Source: an uncultured Desulfobacteraceae bacterium (GTDB lineage: Bacteria; Desulfobacterota; Desulfobacteria; Desulfobacterales; JAABSP01). Taken from it: a stretch of DNA of 51,377 bases. The DNA lies in contig CAZWGY010000002.1 of the NCBI GenBank assembly GCA_964633575.1, positions 1 through 51,377 of the forward strand, in the 5' to 3' direction. The notes under the pieces were generated by a model, which was not told the origin of the DNA, did not search any database, and was given only the letters and a program-made list of their open reading frames with translations. Position 1 is the first letter of the stretch; every line of letters begins with the position of its first letter. Made by a program: the position numbers and the translations under genes. Below, in pieces: positions 26,676 through 35,367 of the stretch.

Positions 26676-28617
26676 ACGGAAGCAGAGGCGCGCCCCCAAC
26701 CGCGGCGTCCCGGCCCAGGGTCCCCCGACAGGCGGGCCGGCGGCGGTGGATGACCTGTTGAAGACGGCGGTAGCCCGTCACCAGGCCGGGGATGGAGCCG
26801 CGGCGGCCGCTTTGTACGAAAAGGTTCTGGAGATCGATCCGGATCAGCCGGACGCTCTTCATCTACTGGGGGTCCTCGCCTGCCAGGATGATGATCCGGG
26901 CCGGGGGGCCGAGTTGATCGAGCGGGCTGTCCGGCTCTCCCCGGACCAGGCCCTCTACAACAGCAACCTGGGGGCCGCCCTCCGGGGCGCCGGCCGGCTC
27001 GATGACGCCCTGGCGGCCTGCGACCGGGCGATTGCCCTGGACTCCGGCCATCCGGACGCCCATGCCAACCGGGCCACCGTCCTTCGGGAGCGGGGAGCCG
27101 CCGCCGATGCCGAGGCCGCCTGCCGCCGGGCGCTGACTCTGAGCCCCAATCATCCCGGCGCCTGGAACACCCTCGGGCTGGCCTTGCGGGATGGGGGGAA
27201 GCTCACCGAAGCCATCGATGCCTACCACCGGGCCATCGAGGCCCGGCCGGACCACGCCGAAGCCCTGAACAACCTCGGCCGGGTCCTCCAGGACGCGGGG
27301 GATGTCTCCGAAGCCATCGACTCTTTCCGCGGAGCCCTGGCCCATCGGCCCGATTACCGGCAGGCCCACGGCAATCTTCTCCTGGCCCGCCATTACGAGC
27401 CGGGGATCGACCCGGGAACCCTCAAAGCGGCCCATATCGAGTGGGGCCGGCAATTCGCCGATCCGCTGACGGGGTCGGCGCCCGTGCCGATCCGGGACCG
27501 GGACCCTGACCGGCGGCTCCGGGTGGGATTCATCTCGGCCGATCTGGCCAGACATCCGGTGGGGTTTTTTCTGGCGCCCTATCTCGCCCATCGGGATGCG
27601 GCTTCGACCGAGGTCTTCGCGTATGCCAACCGGCTGGGGGCCGACCGGATGACCGAATGGCTCAAAGCCCATGTGGACCACTGGGAGACGGTGGTGGGAA
27701 TGACCGACGAGACCCTGGCGGACCGGATTCGGTCGGACGGGATCGACATCCTGGTGGACCTCTCCGGACACACCGCCCGGAACCGGCTGCTGGTCTTTGC
27801 CCGAAAGCCGGCCCCGGTCCAGGCCACCTGGATCGGCTATCCCGACACCACGGGGCTGACGGCCATGGACTACCTCATCGCCGACCGCTGGGTGATTCCG
27901 GAGGGGGCCGAGGACGAAATCCTTGAAACACCGGTCCGGCTTCCGGCCGGCAACCTCTGCTATGCCCCGCCCCCGTCGGCGCCGGCAATCGGTCCTCCGC
28001 CCGCGGCAAGCCGGGGCCACCTCACCTTCGGCTCCTTCAACAACTTGGCCAAGGTCACCGACGAAACGGTGGATGTCTGGGCGAAGGTGCTCCGTGCCAT
28101 CCCCGACGCCGCCCTGATCATGAAGGCCCGGGTGTTTGACGACGAAGCGGTCCGCGACCGCTATCGAACTCGTTTCGCCGGGGCCGGGATCGCCGCCGAC
28201 CGCCTGACCCTGATCGGCGCCTCGCCGACCCATGCCGAGCATCTGGCCCATTTCAACCAGGTGGACGTGGCCCTCGACCCGTTTCCCTATAACGGAGCCA
28301 CCACCACCTGCGAAGCCCTCTACATGGGCGTCCCCGTGATCAATCGGCGGGGACGGACCATCGCGGGCCGTCAGGGGGAGAGCATCCTGACCCGGATCGG
28401 TTTGGCCGACTGGGTGGCGGACAGCGACGCCGGGTACGTGGACCGGGCGGTCCGGTGCGACCGGGAGCGGGAGTCCCTGGCCGGGCTCCGCCGGGGAATG
28501 CGAAAGCGGATGCTCGCCTCCGCCCTCTGTGACGGGCCCCGGTTTGCCCGGAGCCTCGATGCGGCTTTTCGCGGGATGTGGAAAAACTGGTGTGAGGGGG
28601 GAGCTCATGGACGGTGA
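26647..28617 (+). CDS. TPR-GT41 glycosyltransferase with highly basic N-terminal tail
   Basis: ORF track frame 26497..28617. The first plausible start is ATG 26647 (MAKKRRRKAKRKQRRAPNRG...), which overlaps the upstream gene end by 29 nt. An alternative start is GTG near 26743. The GT41 module starts at about 27511 (RLRVGFISADLARHPVG, DLSGHTARNRLLVFARKPAPVQATWIGYPDTTG, FPYNGATTTCEALYMGVPV). Confidence 0.82.
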   Translation: MAKKRRRKAKRKQRRAPNRGVPAQGPPTGGPAAVDDLLKTAVARHQAGDGAAAAALYEKVLEIDPDQPDALHLLGVLACQDDDPGRGAELIERAVRLSPDQALYNSNLGAALRGAGRLDDALAACDRAIALDSGHPDAHANRATVLRERGAAADAEAACRRALTLSPNHPGAWNTLGLALRDGGKLTEAIDAYHRAIEARPDHAEALNNLGRVLQDAGDVSEAIDSFRGALAHRPDYRQAHGNLLLARHYEPGIDPGTLKAAHIEWGRQFADPLTGSAPVPIRDRDPDRRLRVGFISADLARHPVGFFLAPYLAHRDAASTEVFAYANRLGADRMTEWLKAHVDHWETVVGMTDETLADRIRSDGIDILVDLSGHTARNRLLVFARKPAPVQATWIGYPDTTGLTAMDYLIADRWVIPEGAEDEILETPVRLPAGNLCYAPPPSAPAIGPPPAASRGHLTFGSFNNLAKVTDETVDVWAKVLRAIPDAALIMKARVFDDEAVRDRYRTRFAGAGIAADRLTLIGASPTHAEHLAHFNQVDVALDPFPYNGATTTCEALYMGVPVINRRGRTIAGRQGESILTRIGLADWVADSDAGYVDRAVRCDRERESLAGLRRGMRKRMLASALCDGPRFARSLDAAFRGMWKNWCEGGAHGR

Positions 28618-31600
28618 AGGCGGCGCCACGCTGGCGGAAAAGCGGCGACGGCTTAAGGAAGGGGTCGCCCACCATCAGGCCGGTCGGCTCAGGGAAGCCG
28701 AAGCGGTTTACCGGGGGATTCTCGACCTCGACCCACAATACCCGGACGCCCATCATCTCCTCGGCGTGATCGCCTATCAGCGGGGGAATTACGACGAGGC
28801 GGAACGCCGAATCCGTCGGGCCATCGAGACAGGCGGCGACAATCACATCTTTTACAGCAATTTGGGCAACGCCCTCTTTGAAGCGGGCCGGCTGGCCGAT
28901 GGGCTCGAAGCCTACGACACGGCGGTCCGGCTGAAGCCCGACTTTGCCATGGGCCATTACAACCGGGGCAATGTCTTAAAGGAGCAGGGAGAACTCGACG
29001 CGGCGGTGGCGGCCTACCAGGAGGCCATCCGGCTCCAGCCCGATTACGCCGAAGCCTATAACAACATGGGCAACACCCTGAAAGATCTGGTCCGGGTGGA
29101 AGAGACCCTCGACTGCTACCGCCGGGCCCTGGAAATCCGGCCCGGTTACGCCCGGGCTCACACCAACATGCTCCTGACGCTCCACTACCTCCCGGATGTC
29201 TCCCCGTCGGAGCTTAAAGCCGAGCACGACCGGTATGAAGCACACCATGCCCGGCCCCTGGCGTCCCGGATTCGGCCCCACGGAAACCCGCCCGACCCCG
29301 AAAAGAGGCTTCGGGTGGGGTTCGTCTCGGCCGACTTTTGCCGTCACCCGGTGAGCTACTTTCTGCTCCCCTACCTGATGGCCCATGACCCCTCGGCGGT
29401 GGAAATCTTCTGCTACGACCAGCGGGAGCAGTCGGACGCGGTCACCGAAACCCTCAAGGAGAAGGCGGACGCCTGGCGGGTCATCCAGCGGATGAGCGAC
29501 GAGGCCGCCGCCGAACGGATTCGGGCCGACGGGATCGACATCCTGGTGGACCTCTCCGGGCACACCGCCCGGAACCGGCTTCTGGTCTTCGCCCGGAAGC
29601 CGGCTCCGGTTCAGGCCACCTGGCTCGGATATCCCGACACCACCGGAATGTCCGCGATGGACTACCTGATCTGCGACCGATGGGTGGCCCCTCCCGGGGC
29701 CGAGGGATGGTTTTCCGAGACCCTCCTTCGCCTGCCCGGCGGGTACCTCTGCTACGCCCCTCTGGAATGCGCCCCGGATGTGGGGCCGCTTCCCGCCCGG
29801 GAAGCCGGACACCTGACCTTCGGCTGCCTCAACAACCTCCCCAAGGTGACGACGGCCACGATCAACGTCTGGGCGGAGCTGCTCCGGGCGATCCCCGACG
29901 CCCGGCTGATTCTCAAAAGCCGGCCCCTCGAATACGAGTCGGTCCGGCGCCGATACCGGGATTTGCTCGAAGGGGCGGGGATTTCAGCCGATCGGGTCGA
30001 AATGATCGGCTACACCCCCTCCACCGCCGATCACCTCGCGATCTACAACCGGATCGACATCGCCCTCGACCCACTCGGCTACAACGGGACCACCACCACC
30101 TGCGAGGCCCTGTACATGGGCGTCCCGGTGGTCTCCCTGGCCGGGCCGAATTTCGCCGCCCGGCAGGGGGTGAGCATCCTGTCGGCGGCTGGGCTGACCG
30201 ACTGGATCGCCGAATCGGAGACCGATTATCTGAATAAGGCACTCCGCTGGGAGCGGAACCTCGACGACCTGGCCGACCTCCGCCGGTCCCTCCGCCAACG
30301 GATGATCCGATCCCCGCTCTGCAACGGCAAACGGCTCGCCCGGGAGCTCGAGACCGCGTTCCGGGAGATCTGGCGAACCTGGTGCGGCGGGCGGAAGGCG
30401 GCCGTACCGGCGGGAAAACGGCGGCGGAAGGTCCTCCATGTGGGTTGCGGCCCGGCCGGCCGGCTTCATCCGACCTTTGCCGGAAAGAACTGGGAGGAGG
30501 TCCGGCTGGACATCGACCCGGCGGCCAGGCCGGACATCACCGCCTCGATCACCGACATGGCCCCCGTGGCCGACGGCTCGGTGGACGCGGTTTACTCGGC
30601 TCACAACCTGGAGCACCTCACCGCCGACGAGGTGCCGGTCGCCTTAAGGGAGTTTTTCCGGGTCATACGGCCCGACGGCTTCGTCCTGGTCACCGTGCCC
30701 GATCTTGCCGCCATTGCCCCATTCATTGCCGGGGACCGGCTGGATGAGGTCCTCTACACCTCGCCGGCCGGACCCATCACCCCGCTGGATGTCCTTTACG
30801 GTTTCGGTCCCGCCCTGGCCCAGGGCAAGACCCAGATGGCCCACCGGACCGGCTTTACCGCCGAAACCCTGGAAGCGGCATTCCGGACGGCCGGCTTTCC
30901 CGGCGTGGACGTGGAAACCGAGCCGAAACAATTTGCCCTCGTGGCCCTGGCCCGGAAACAGGCCGATGTCGGCCCCCGGCTCTCCAAGGCAACGCCGCCC
31001 CCGGCGCCCACGCCCGACCTGGACGGAAAGCTCGCCGAAGCCATGGCCCACCAGAAAGCGGGCCGGCACGCCGAGGCCCAAAAGATATATAAGGCGATCC
31101 TGGCCGACCATCCCGATCATCCCGACGCCCTCCACCTCTACGGGCTCACCCGTCATCAGTTGGGCGACCATGAAACGGCCCGGAAGAGCATCGAGCGGGC
31201 CATCCGGCTCAAGCCGGACGCGGCCTTTTTCCACGTCAACCTGGGCAATGTCCAGATGGCGGCGGGGGACCTGGACGGGGCGGTTAAAACCTATCGCCGG
31301 GCCCTCTCTCTCAAGCCGGAGTCGGTCTCCGCTCAGGTGAACCTGGCCTCGGTTCTCCGGCGGCGGGGCCGGATGGCCGAGGCGGCCGAAGCCTACCAGG
31401 CGGCTCTCAAGCTCCAGCCCGACCGGGCCTCCCTCCATCACAGCCTCGGCGACGTCCTCCGGGACCTCGGCCGGCAGTCCGGGGCCATCAAGTGCTACCA
31501 GAAGGCCCTCTCCATCAAGCCCGACTATCCCGAAGTTTACAACAACCTCGGAAACGTTTACAAAGACCTCCGGCGGTTCGGCCGGGCCGTGGCCGCCTAC

Positions 31601-32986
31601 CGGAAAGCCCTGGAAATCCGTCCCGACCACCCGGACGTCCACACCAACCTCGGCTCCGCCTTGAAGGACCGGGGCGACTCGGCCGGAGCGGTCGCCGCCT
31701 ATGAGCGGGCCCTGACCCTCAAGCCCGAATGCCACATGGCCCGGACCAACCTCCTCCTGTCCATGCTCTACGACCCCGCTCAGGACGTCGATGCCCTCTA
31801 CGCGGCTCACCGCCGCTGGAACGATTTCCACGGCCGGCCCGTTGCCGGCCGGCCCGCCTACTCGAATTCGCCGGACCCGGACCGCCGGCTCCGGGTGGGC
31901 TACGTCTCCCCGGATTTCCGGCACCATTCCTGCGCCTGGTTCATCGAGCCGCTGCTGGCACATCACGACCCGGATGCGGTGGAAGTCCACTGCTACGCCG
32001 AAGTCATCCGGGAGGACGCCATAACCGAACGGATCAGGGGCCATGCCGAGGGCTGGTTCCGAACCGTGGGACTCTCGGACGCCGCCGTGGCCCGGCGGGT
32101 GATGGAAGACGGGATCGATATCCTGGTGGACCTGGCCGGCCACACCTCCTACAACCGGCTCCGGGTCTTCGCCGAAGCCCCGGCGCCGGTCCAGATTTCC
32201 TGGCTCGGGTACGGGACCACCACCGGCCTCGACGTGATGGACTACAAGCTCTCCGACCCCTGGATCACCCCGCCGGACATCGCCGAACGGTTCAGCGAGA
32301 CCCTCTGGCGTCTGAACCGCTGCTTTCTGGCCTACCGGCCGGAGACGACCCCGGACGCCGAAACGGTATCCCCGTTCGAGAAAAACGGGTACATCACCTT
32401 CGCTTCCTTTAACAACATGAGCAAAATCCAGCCGGTCACCCTCGAATACTGGGCCGAGCTCCTGAAATCCGTGCCGGATTCCCGCCTGCTCATCAAGGCC
32501 AAGCAGAGCCGGGACGACTATTCGACCCGCCGGGTCCGGGATGGGCTGGCCGCATTCGGCGTTGATCCCGACCGGCTCGTCTTCCAGCCCTATGCCGCCA
32601 AAGCCGCCGACCATCTGGCGACCTACGCCCTGGCCGACATCTGCATCGACACCTTTCCCTATAACGGCTGCACCACCACCTGCGAGGCCCTCTGGATGGG
32701 GGTCCCGGTGGTCTCCCCGGCCGGGGACCGGACCGTCGCCCGATACGGCGCCACCCTTCTCCCCGCCGCCGCCCTCCCCGATCTGGTGGCGGAGACTCCG
32801 GCGGATTTCGTCCGGATTGCCGCCGGGCTGGCCGAGGACACCGACCGGCTGCGCCGGCTCCGGCGGACCATGCGGGACCGGCTCCTGGCCTCGGCGCTCT
32901 GTGACGCGGCCGGGTTTGCCCGGGCCGTCGAGGGGGCCTACCGGGAGATCTGGCGCCGCTGGTGCGAGGGTTCAAACCGATCATGA
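28607..32986 (+). CDS. Multidomain enzyme: TPR-GT41 - SAM methyltransferase - TPR-GT41
   Basis: ORF track frame 28529..32986. I prefer ATG 28607 because a GGGGGGAG Shine-Dalgarno lies just upstream; it overlaps the upstream gene by 11 nt. GT41 module 1 spans about 29305-30390. The methyltransferase module spans 30428-30960. A second TPR array follows, then a more divergent GT41 module from about 31883 (RLRVGYVSPDFRHHSCAW, DLAGHTSYNRLRVFAEAPAPVQISWLGYGTTTG, FPYNGCTTTCEALWMGVPV). Confidence 0.88.
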   Translation: MDGEGGATLAEKRRRLKEGVAHHQAGRLREAEAVYRGILDLDPQYPDAHHLLGVIAYQRGNYDEAERRIRRAIETGGDNHIFYSNLGNALFEAGRLADGLEAYDTAVRLKPDFAMGHYNRGNVLKEQGELDAAVAAYQEAIRLQPDYAEAYNNMGNTLKDLVRVEETLDCYRRALEIRPGYARAHTNMLLTLHYLPDVSPSELKAEHDRYEAHHARPLASRIRPHGNPPDPEKRLRVGFVSADFCRHPVSYFLLPYLMAHDPSAVEIFCYDQREQSDAVTETLKEKADAWRVIQRMSDEAAAERIRADGIDILVDLSGHTARNRLLVFARKPAPVQATWLGYPDTTGMSAMDYLICDRWVAPPGAEGWFSETLLRLPGGYLCYAPLECAPDVGPLPAREAGHLTFGCLNNLPKVTTATINVWAELLRAIPDARLILKSRPLEYESVRRRYRDLLEGAGISADRVEMIGYTPSTADHLAIYNRIDIALDPLGYNGTTTTCEALYMGVPVVSLAGPNFAARQGVSILSAAGLTDWIAESETDYLNKALRWERNLDDLADLRRSLRQRMIRSPLCNGKRLARELETAFREIWRTWCGGRKAAVPAGKRRRKVLHVGCGPAGRLHPTFAGKNWEEVRLDIDPAARPDITASITDMAPVADGSVDAVYSAHNLEHLTADEVPVALREFFRVIRPDGFVLVTVPDLAAIAPFIAGDRLDEVLYTSPAGPITPLDVLYGFGPALAQGKTQMAHRTGFTAETLEAAFRTAGFPGVDVETEPKQFALVALARKQADVGPRLSKATPPPAPTPDLDGKLAEAMAHQKAGRHAEAQKIYKAILADHPDHPDALHLYGLTRHQLGDHETARKSIERAIRLKPDAAFFHVNLGNVQMAAGDLDGAVKTYRRALSLKPESVSAQVNLASVLRRRGRMAEAAEAYQAALKLQPDRASLHHSLGDVLRDLGRQSGAIKCYQKALSIKPDYPEVYNNLGNVYKDLRRFGRAVAAYRKALEIRPDHPDVHTNLGSALKDRGDSAGAVAAYERALTLKPECHMARTNLLLSMLYDPAQDVDALYAAHRRWNDFHGRPVAGRPAYSNSPDPDRRLRVGYVSPDFRHHSCAWFIEPLLAHHDPDAVEVHCYAEVIREDAITERIRGHAEGWFRTVGLSDAAVARRVMEDGIDILVDLAGHTSYNRLRVFAEAPAPVQISWLGYGTTTGLDVMDYKLSDPWITPPDIAERFSETLWRLNRCFLAYRPETTPDAETVSPFEKNGYITFASFNNMSKIQPVTLEYWAELLKSVPDSRLLIKAKQSRDDYSTRRVRDGLAAFGVDPDRLVFQPYAAKAADHLATYALADICIDTFPYNGCTTTCEALWMGVPVVSPAGDRTVARYGATLLPAAALPDLVAETPADFVRIAAGLAEDTDRLRRLRRTMRDRLLASALCDAAGFARAVEGAYREIWRRWCEGSNRS
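30428..30960 (+). other. Class-I SAM-dependent methyltransferase module (apparently intact) inside gene 28607..32986
   Basis: KVLHVGCGPAG (motif I), VRLDIDP (acidic motif II), GSVDAVYSAHNLEHL, and FRVIRPDGFVLVTVPDL (post-III). This is a typical Methyltransf_11/23-like pattern. Confidence 0.75.
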
Positions 32987-35274
32987 CGGCAACGGACACG
33001 AAAGCGGTGCTCCGGCGGGCCATCGCCGACCATCAGGCCGGGCGGGCCGACCGGGCCGAAAGCGGTTACCGGGAGGTCCTGGCGGCCGACCCGGACCAGC
33101 CCGATGCCCGCCATCTCATCGGCGTTTTGGCCTACCAGCGAGGGGAGCTGGACCAGGCCATGGCGGAGATCACCCGGGCCATCGAATTGGATCCAAATCG
33201 GGCCGTCTTTCACGGCAACCTGGGCAACGTCTATCGGGACCGGGGGGAGCCCCGGCGGGCCGTGGAGACCTTCCGCCGGGCTCTCCGGCTGAAACCCGAC
33301 TTCGCCGACGCCCTCTCCAACCTGGGCAACACCTGGATCGACCTGAAACAGACCGGGCGCGCCCTCTCCGCCTACCGCCAAGCCCTGAAACGGGAGCCGG
33401 AACGCCCGGAAGCCCGGTTCGGCATGGCCAATGTCTTCAAGCACCAGGGCCGGGCAAAGGAGGCGGCCGATGCCTTTGCAAAGGCTCTGGCGGCCCGGCC
33501 GGACAGCGTCCGGATGCACGACAACCACCTCCTCGCCCTCCACTACCTCCCCGGCATCACCCCGACGGCCCTGCGCGAGGCCCACGACGCCTGGTACCGC
33601 CGGCACGGGGCGCCGCTGACCCGTCAGGCCCGGACTCCGGAAACCGATCCCGACCCCGACCGGCCCATCCGGCTGGGGCTGGTCTCCCGGGACTTCGGCC
33701 GTCACCCGGTGGGCTTTTTCCTGACCCCCTTTGTGGCGGCCCGGGACCGGGGTGAGCTGACCCTCTGCTGCTACGCCGACCGCCGGGCCGAGGGCGAAAT
33801 GACCCGATGGTTCCGGGACCGGGTGGACCTCTGGCGGACGGTGGTCGGGATGGATGACGAGGCACTGGCCCGGCGGATTCGCGAGGACCGGATCGATATC
33901 CTGGCGGACCTCTCCGGCCACACCGCCGGAAACCGCCTGGGGGTCTTCGCCCGGAAGCCGGCCCCCATTCAGGTGGCCTGGATCGCCTACCCGGACACCA
34001 CCGGCCTGCCCGCCGTGGATTATATCGTCTGCGACCGCCAGGTCCTGCCCGAAGGTGATGAGCCGTGGTATGTGGAGCGGCCGCTCCGGCTGCCCGACGG
34101 CTACCTCTGCTATGGCCCTCCGGCGACGGCCCCGCCGGTTTCGCCCCCGCCGGCGGTCCGGCGAGGGTTTGTAACCTTCGGCTGTTTCAACAACACCGCC
34201 AAGGTGAGCCGGGAGGTGGTGGAGTGCTGGGCCGCGATTCTCCGGGCCGTGCCCGGCTCCCGCCTGGCCCTCCGGAGCATCCCCCTTGACGACCGCTATA
34301 TCCGGCGGCTATACCGGCGGCTGTTCGCCGACAACGGGGTGACCCCGGACCGGGTGGATATGGACGGCACGGTCTCCCATTACGACTACCTGGCCGGCTA
34401 CGGCGGGATCGACATCGCCCTCGACCCCTTCCCCTTTCCCGGCGGGCTGACCACCTGCGAGGCCCTCTACATGGGGGTCCCGGTGGTGAGCCTGGCCGGG
34501 GAGACATTCGTGAGCCGGCAGGGGCGCTCCATCCTCTCGGCCGCCGGGCTCGGCGACTGGGTGGCCGCCACGGAATCAGATTACCAGCACCTGGCCATCT
34601 CCCGGGCCAACCGGATCGACGATCTGGCCCGGCTCCGGGCCGGGCTTCGGGATCAAATCCTCGCTTCGCCCCTTTGCGACGGGCCCCGGTACGCCCGGGC
34701 GGTGACGACGGCCTTCCGGCGGATCTGGCGGGAGCATTGCGAAACGATGGCGGCCCCGAGCCGACTCCGCCTTGGCGGCGGGCTGGAGATTCCCGACGGC
34801 GAAGGCCCGGAACCAGAAGGCGATGGGCCAATCCGGTGGATGCCGGACGGGGACGCCCCGGCCATCTTGGACCTCTCGGGGGTAAGGTCGGACTCGGTGG
34901 CCGAGATCCGGTCGGTCCTCTGCCTGGCCCGGCTTCTCCCCGGCGACCACGACCGGGCCCTGGCCGAATCCATCCGGGTCCTGGCGCCGGGCGGCCGGGC
35001 GGTCTTTTTTGTTCCGGACCTGGCCGCCATCGCCGCTCATCTCAGAGGGGACGGCCCCGTCCGCCCACTCTTTCGGGACGGTGACGGCTCGGTGACCCCC
35101 ATGGACCTTTTATTCGGGCGGAGCCCGTCCCATCCGCCCATCCGCACTGGAATGACCGGGGACCGGATCGTTCAAATCCTCCGGAAAGCCGGGCTCGAAC
35201 GGGTCCGGGGCGGTCGAATCCGGAGCCGGTATCTTCTATGGGCGGTCGGCCACAAGCCCCAACAAAGGGGTTGA
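32983..35274 (+). CDS. TPR - GT41 glycosyltransferase - degenerate methyltransferase-like C-terminal domain
   Basis: ORF track frame 32962..35274. I prefer ATG 32983, which forms an ATGA overlap with the upstream stop at 32984-32986. The GT41 module starts at about 33664 (IRLGLVSRDFGRHPVG, DLSGHTAGNRLGVFARKPAPIQVAWIAYPDTTG, FPFPGGLTTCEALYMGVPV). The tail from about 34760 has RVLAPGGRAVFFVPDL but carries LRLGGGLE in place of motif I. Confidence 0.85.
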   Translation: MTATDTKAVLRRAIADHQAGRADRAESGYREVLAADPDQPDARHLIGVLAYQRGELDQAMAEITRAIELDPNRAVFHGNLGNVYRDRGEPRRAVETFRRALRLKPDFADALSNLGNTWIDLKQTGRALSAYRQALKREPERPEARFGMANVFKHQGRAKEAADAFAKALAARPDSVRMHDNHLLALHYLPGITPTALREAHDAWYRRHGAPLTRQARTPETDPDPDRPIRLGLVSRDFGRHPVGFFLTPFVAARDRGELTLCCYADRRAEGEMTRWFRDRVDLWRTVVGMDDEALARRIREDRIDILADLSGHTAGNRLGVFARKPAPIQVAWIAYPDTTGLPAVDYIVCDRQVLPEGDEPWYVERPLRLPDGYLCYGPPATAPPVSPPPAVRRGFVTFGCFNNTAKVSREVVECWAAILRAVPGSRLALRSIPLDDRYIRRLYRRLFADNGVTPDRVDMDGTVSHYDYLAGYGGIDIALDPFPFPGGLTTCEALYMGVPVVSLAGETFVSRQGRSILSAAGLGDWVAATESDYQHLAISRANRIDDLARLRAGLRDQILASPLCDGPRYARAVTTAFRRIWREHCETMAAPSRLRLGGGLEIPDGEGPEPEGDGPIRWMPDGDAPAILDLSGVRSDSVAEIRSVLCLARLLPGDHDRALAESIRVLAPGGRAVFFVPDLAAIAAHLRGDGPVRPLFRDGDGSVTPMDLLFGRSPSHPPIRTGMTGDRIVQILRKAGLERVRGGRIRSRYLLWAVGHKPQQRG

Positions 35275-35299
35275 CAAGGGAAGCAAACCGGTGATAAAT
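35271..35299 (+). promoter_or_regulatory. Candidate sigma70-type promoter for the TolC-like / giant-adhesin unit
   Basis: A perfect TTGACA (35271-35276, overlapping the upstream stop) is followed by a 16-17-nt spacer and then GATAAAT (35293-35299). It marks the start of a 273-bp AT-rich gap. Sequence match only. Confidence 0.35.
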
Positions 35300-35367
35300 G
35301 AAGCTCAGATCCATGTAGTGGCATTTTCACGCATGTTTAAAGTTTTTAAAGGGGCTTAAAAAAAATT

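Noticed and set aside
22392-32614. Further long antisense ORFs (22392..24479, 24699..26699, 26863..28629, 30644..32614, minus strand), plus many 60-200-aa overlapping ORFs in all frames.
   Set aside because: Same reasoning as above: these are shadow ORFs of the high-GC sense genes, with Pro/Gly/Arg-rich translations and no domain signatures.
14180-32982. The longest-ORF start codons given by the track (14180, 26497, 28529, 32962), and also 6618 for nadK.
   Set aside because: The upstream extensions overlap the preceding genes extensively and encode Pro/Gly/Arg-rich non-homologous sequence. Internal starts with Shine-Dalgarno-like sequences or ATGA/GTGA coupling (14219, 26647, 28607, 32983; 6408 for nadK) fit better. 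These choices remain unverified.
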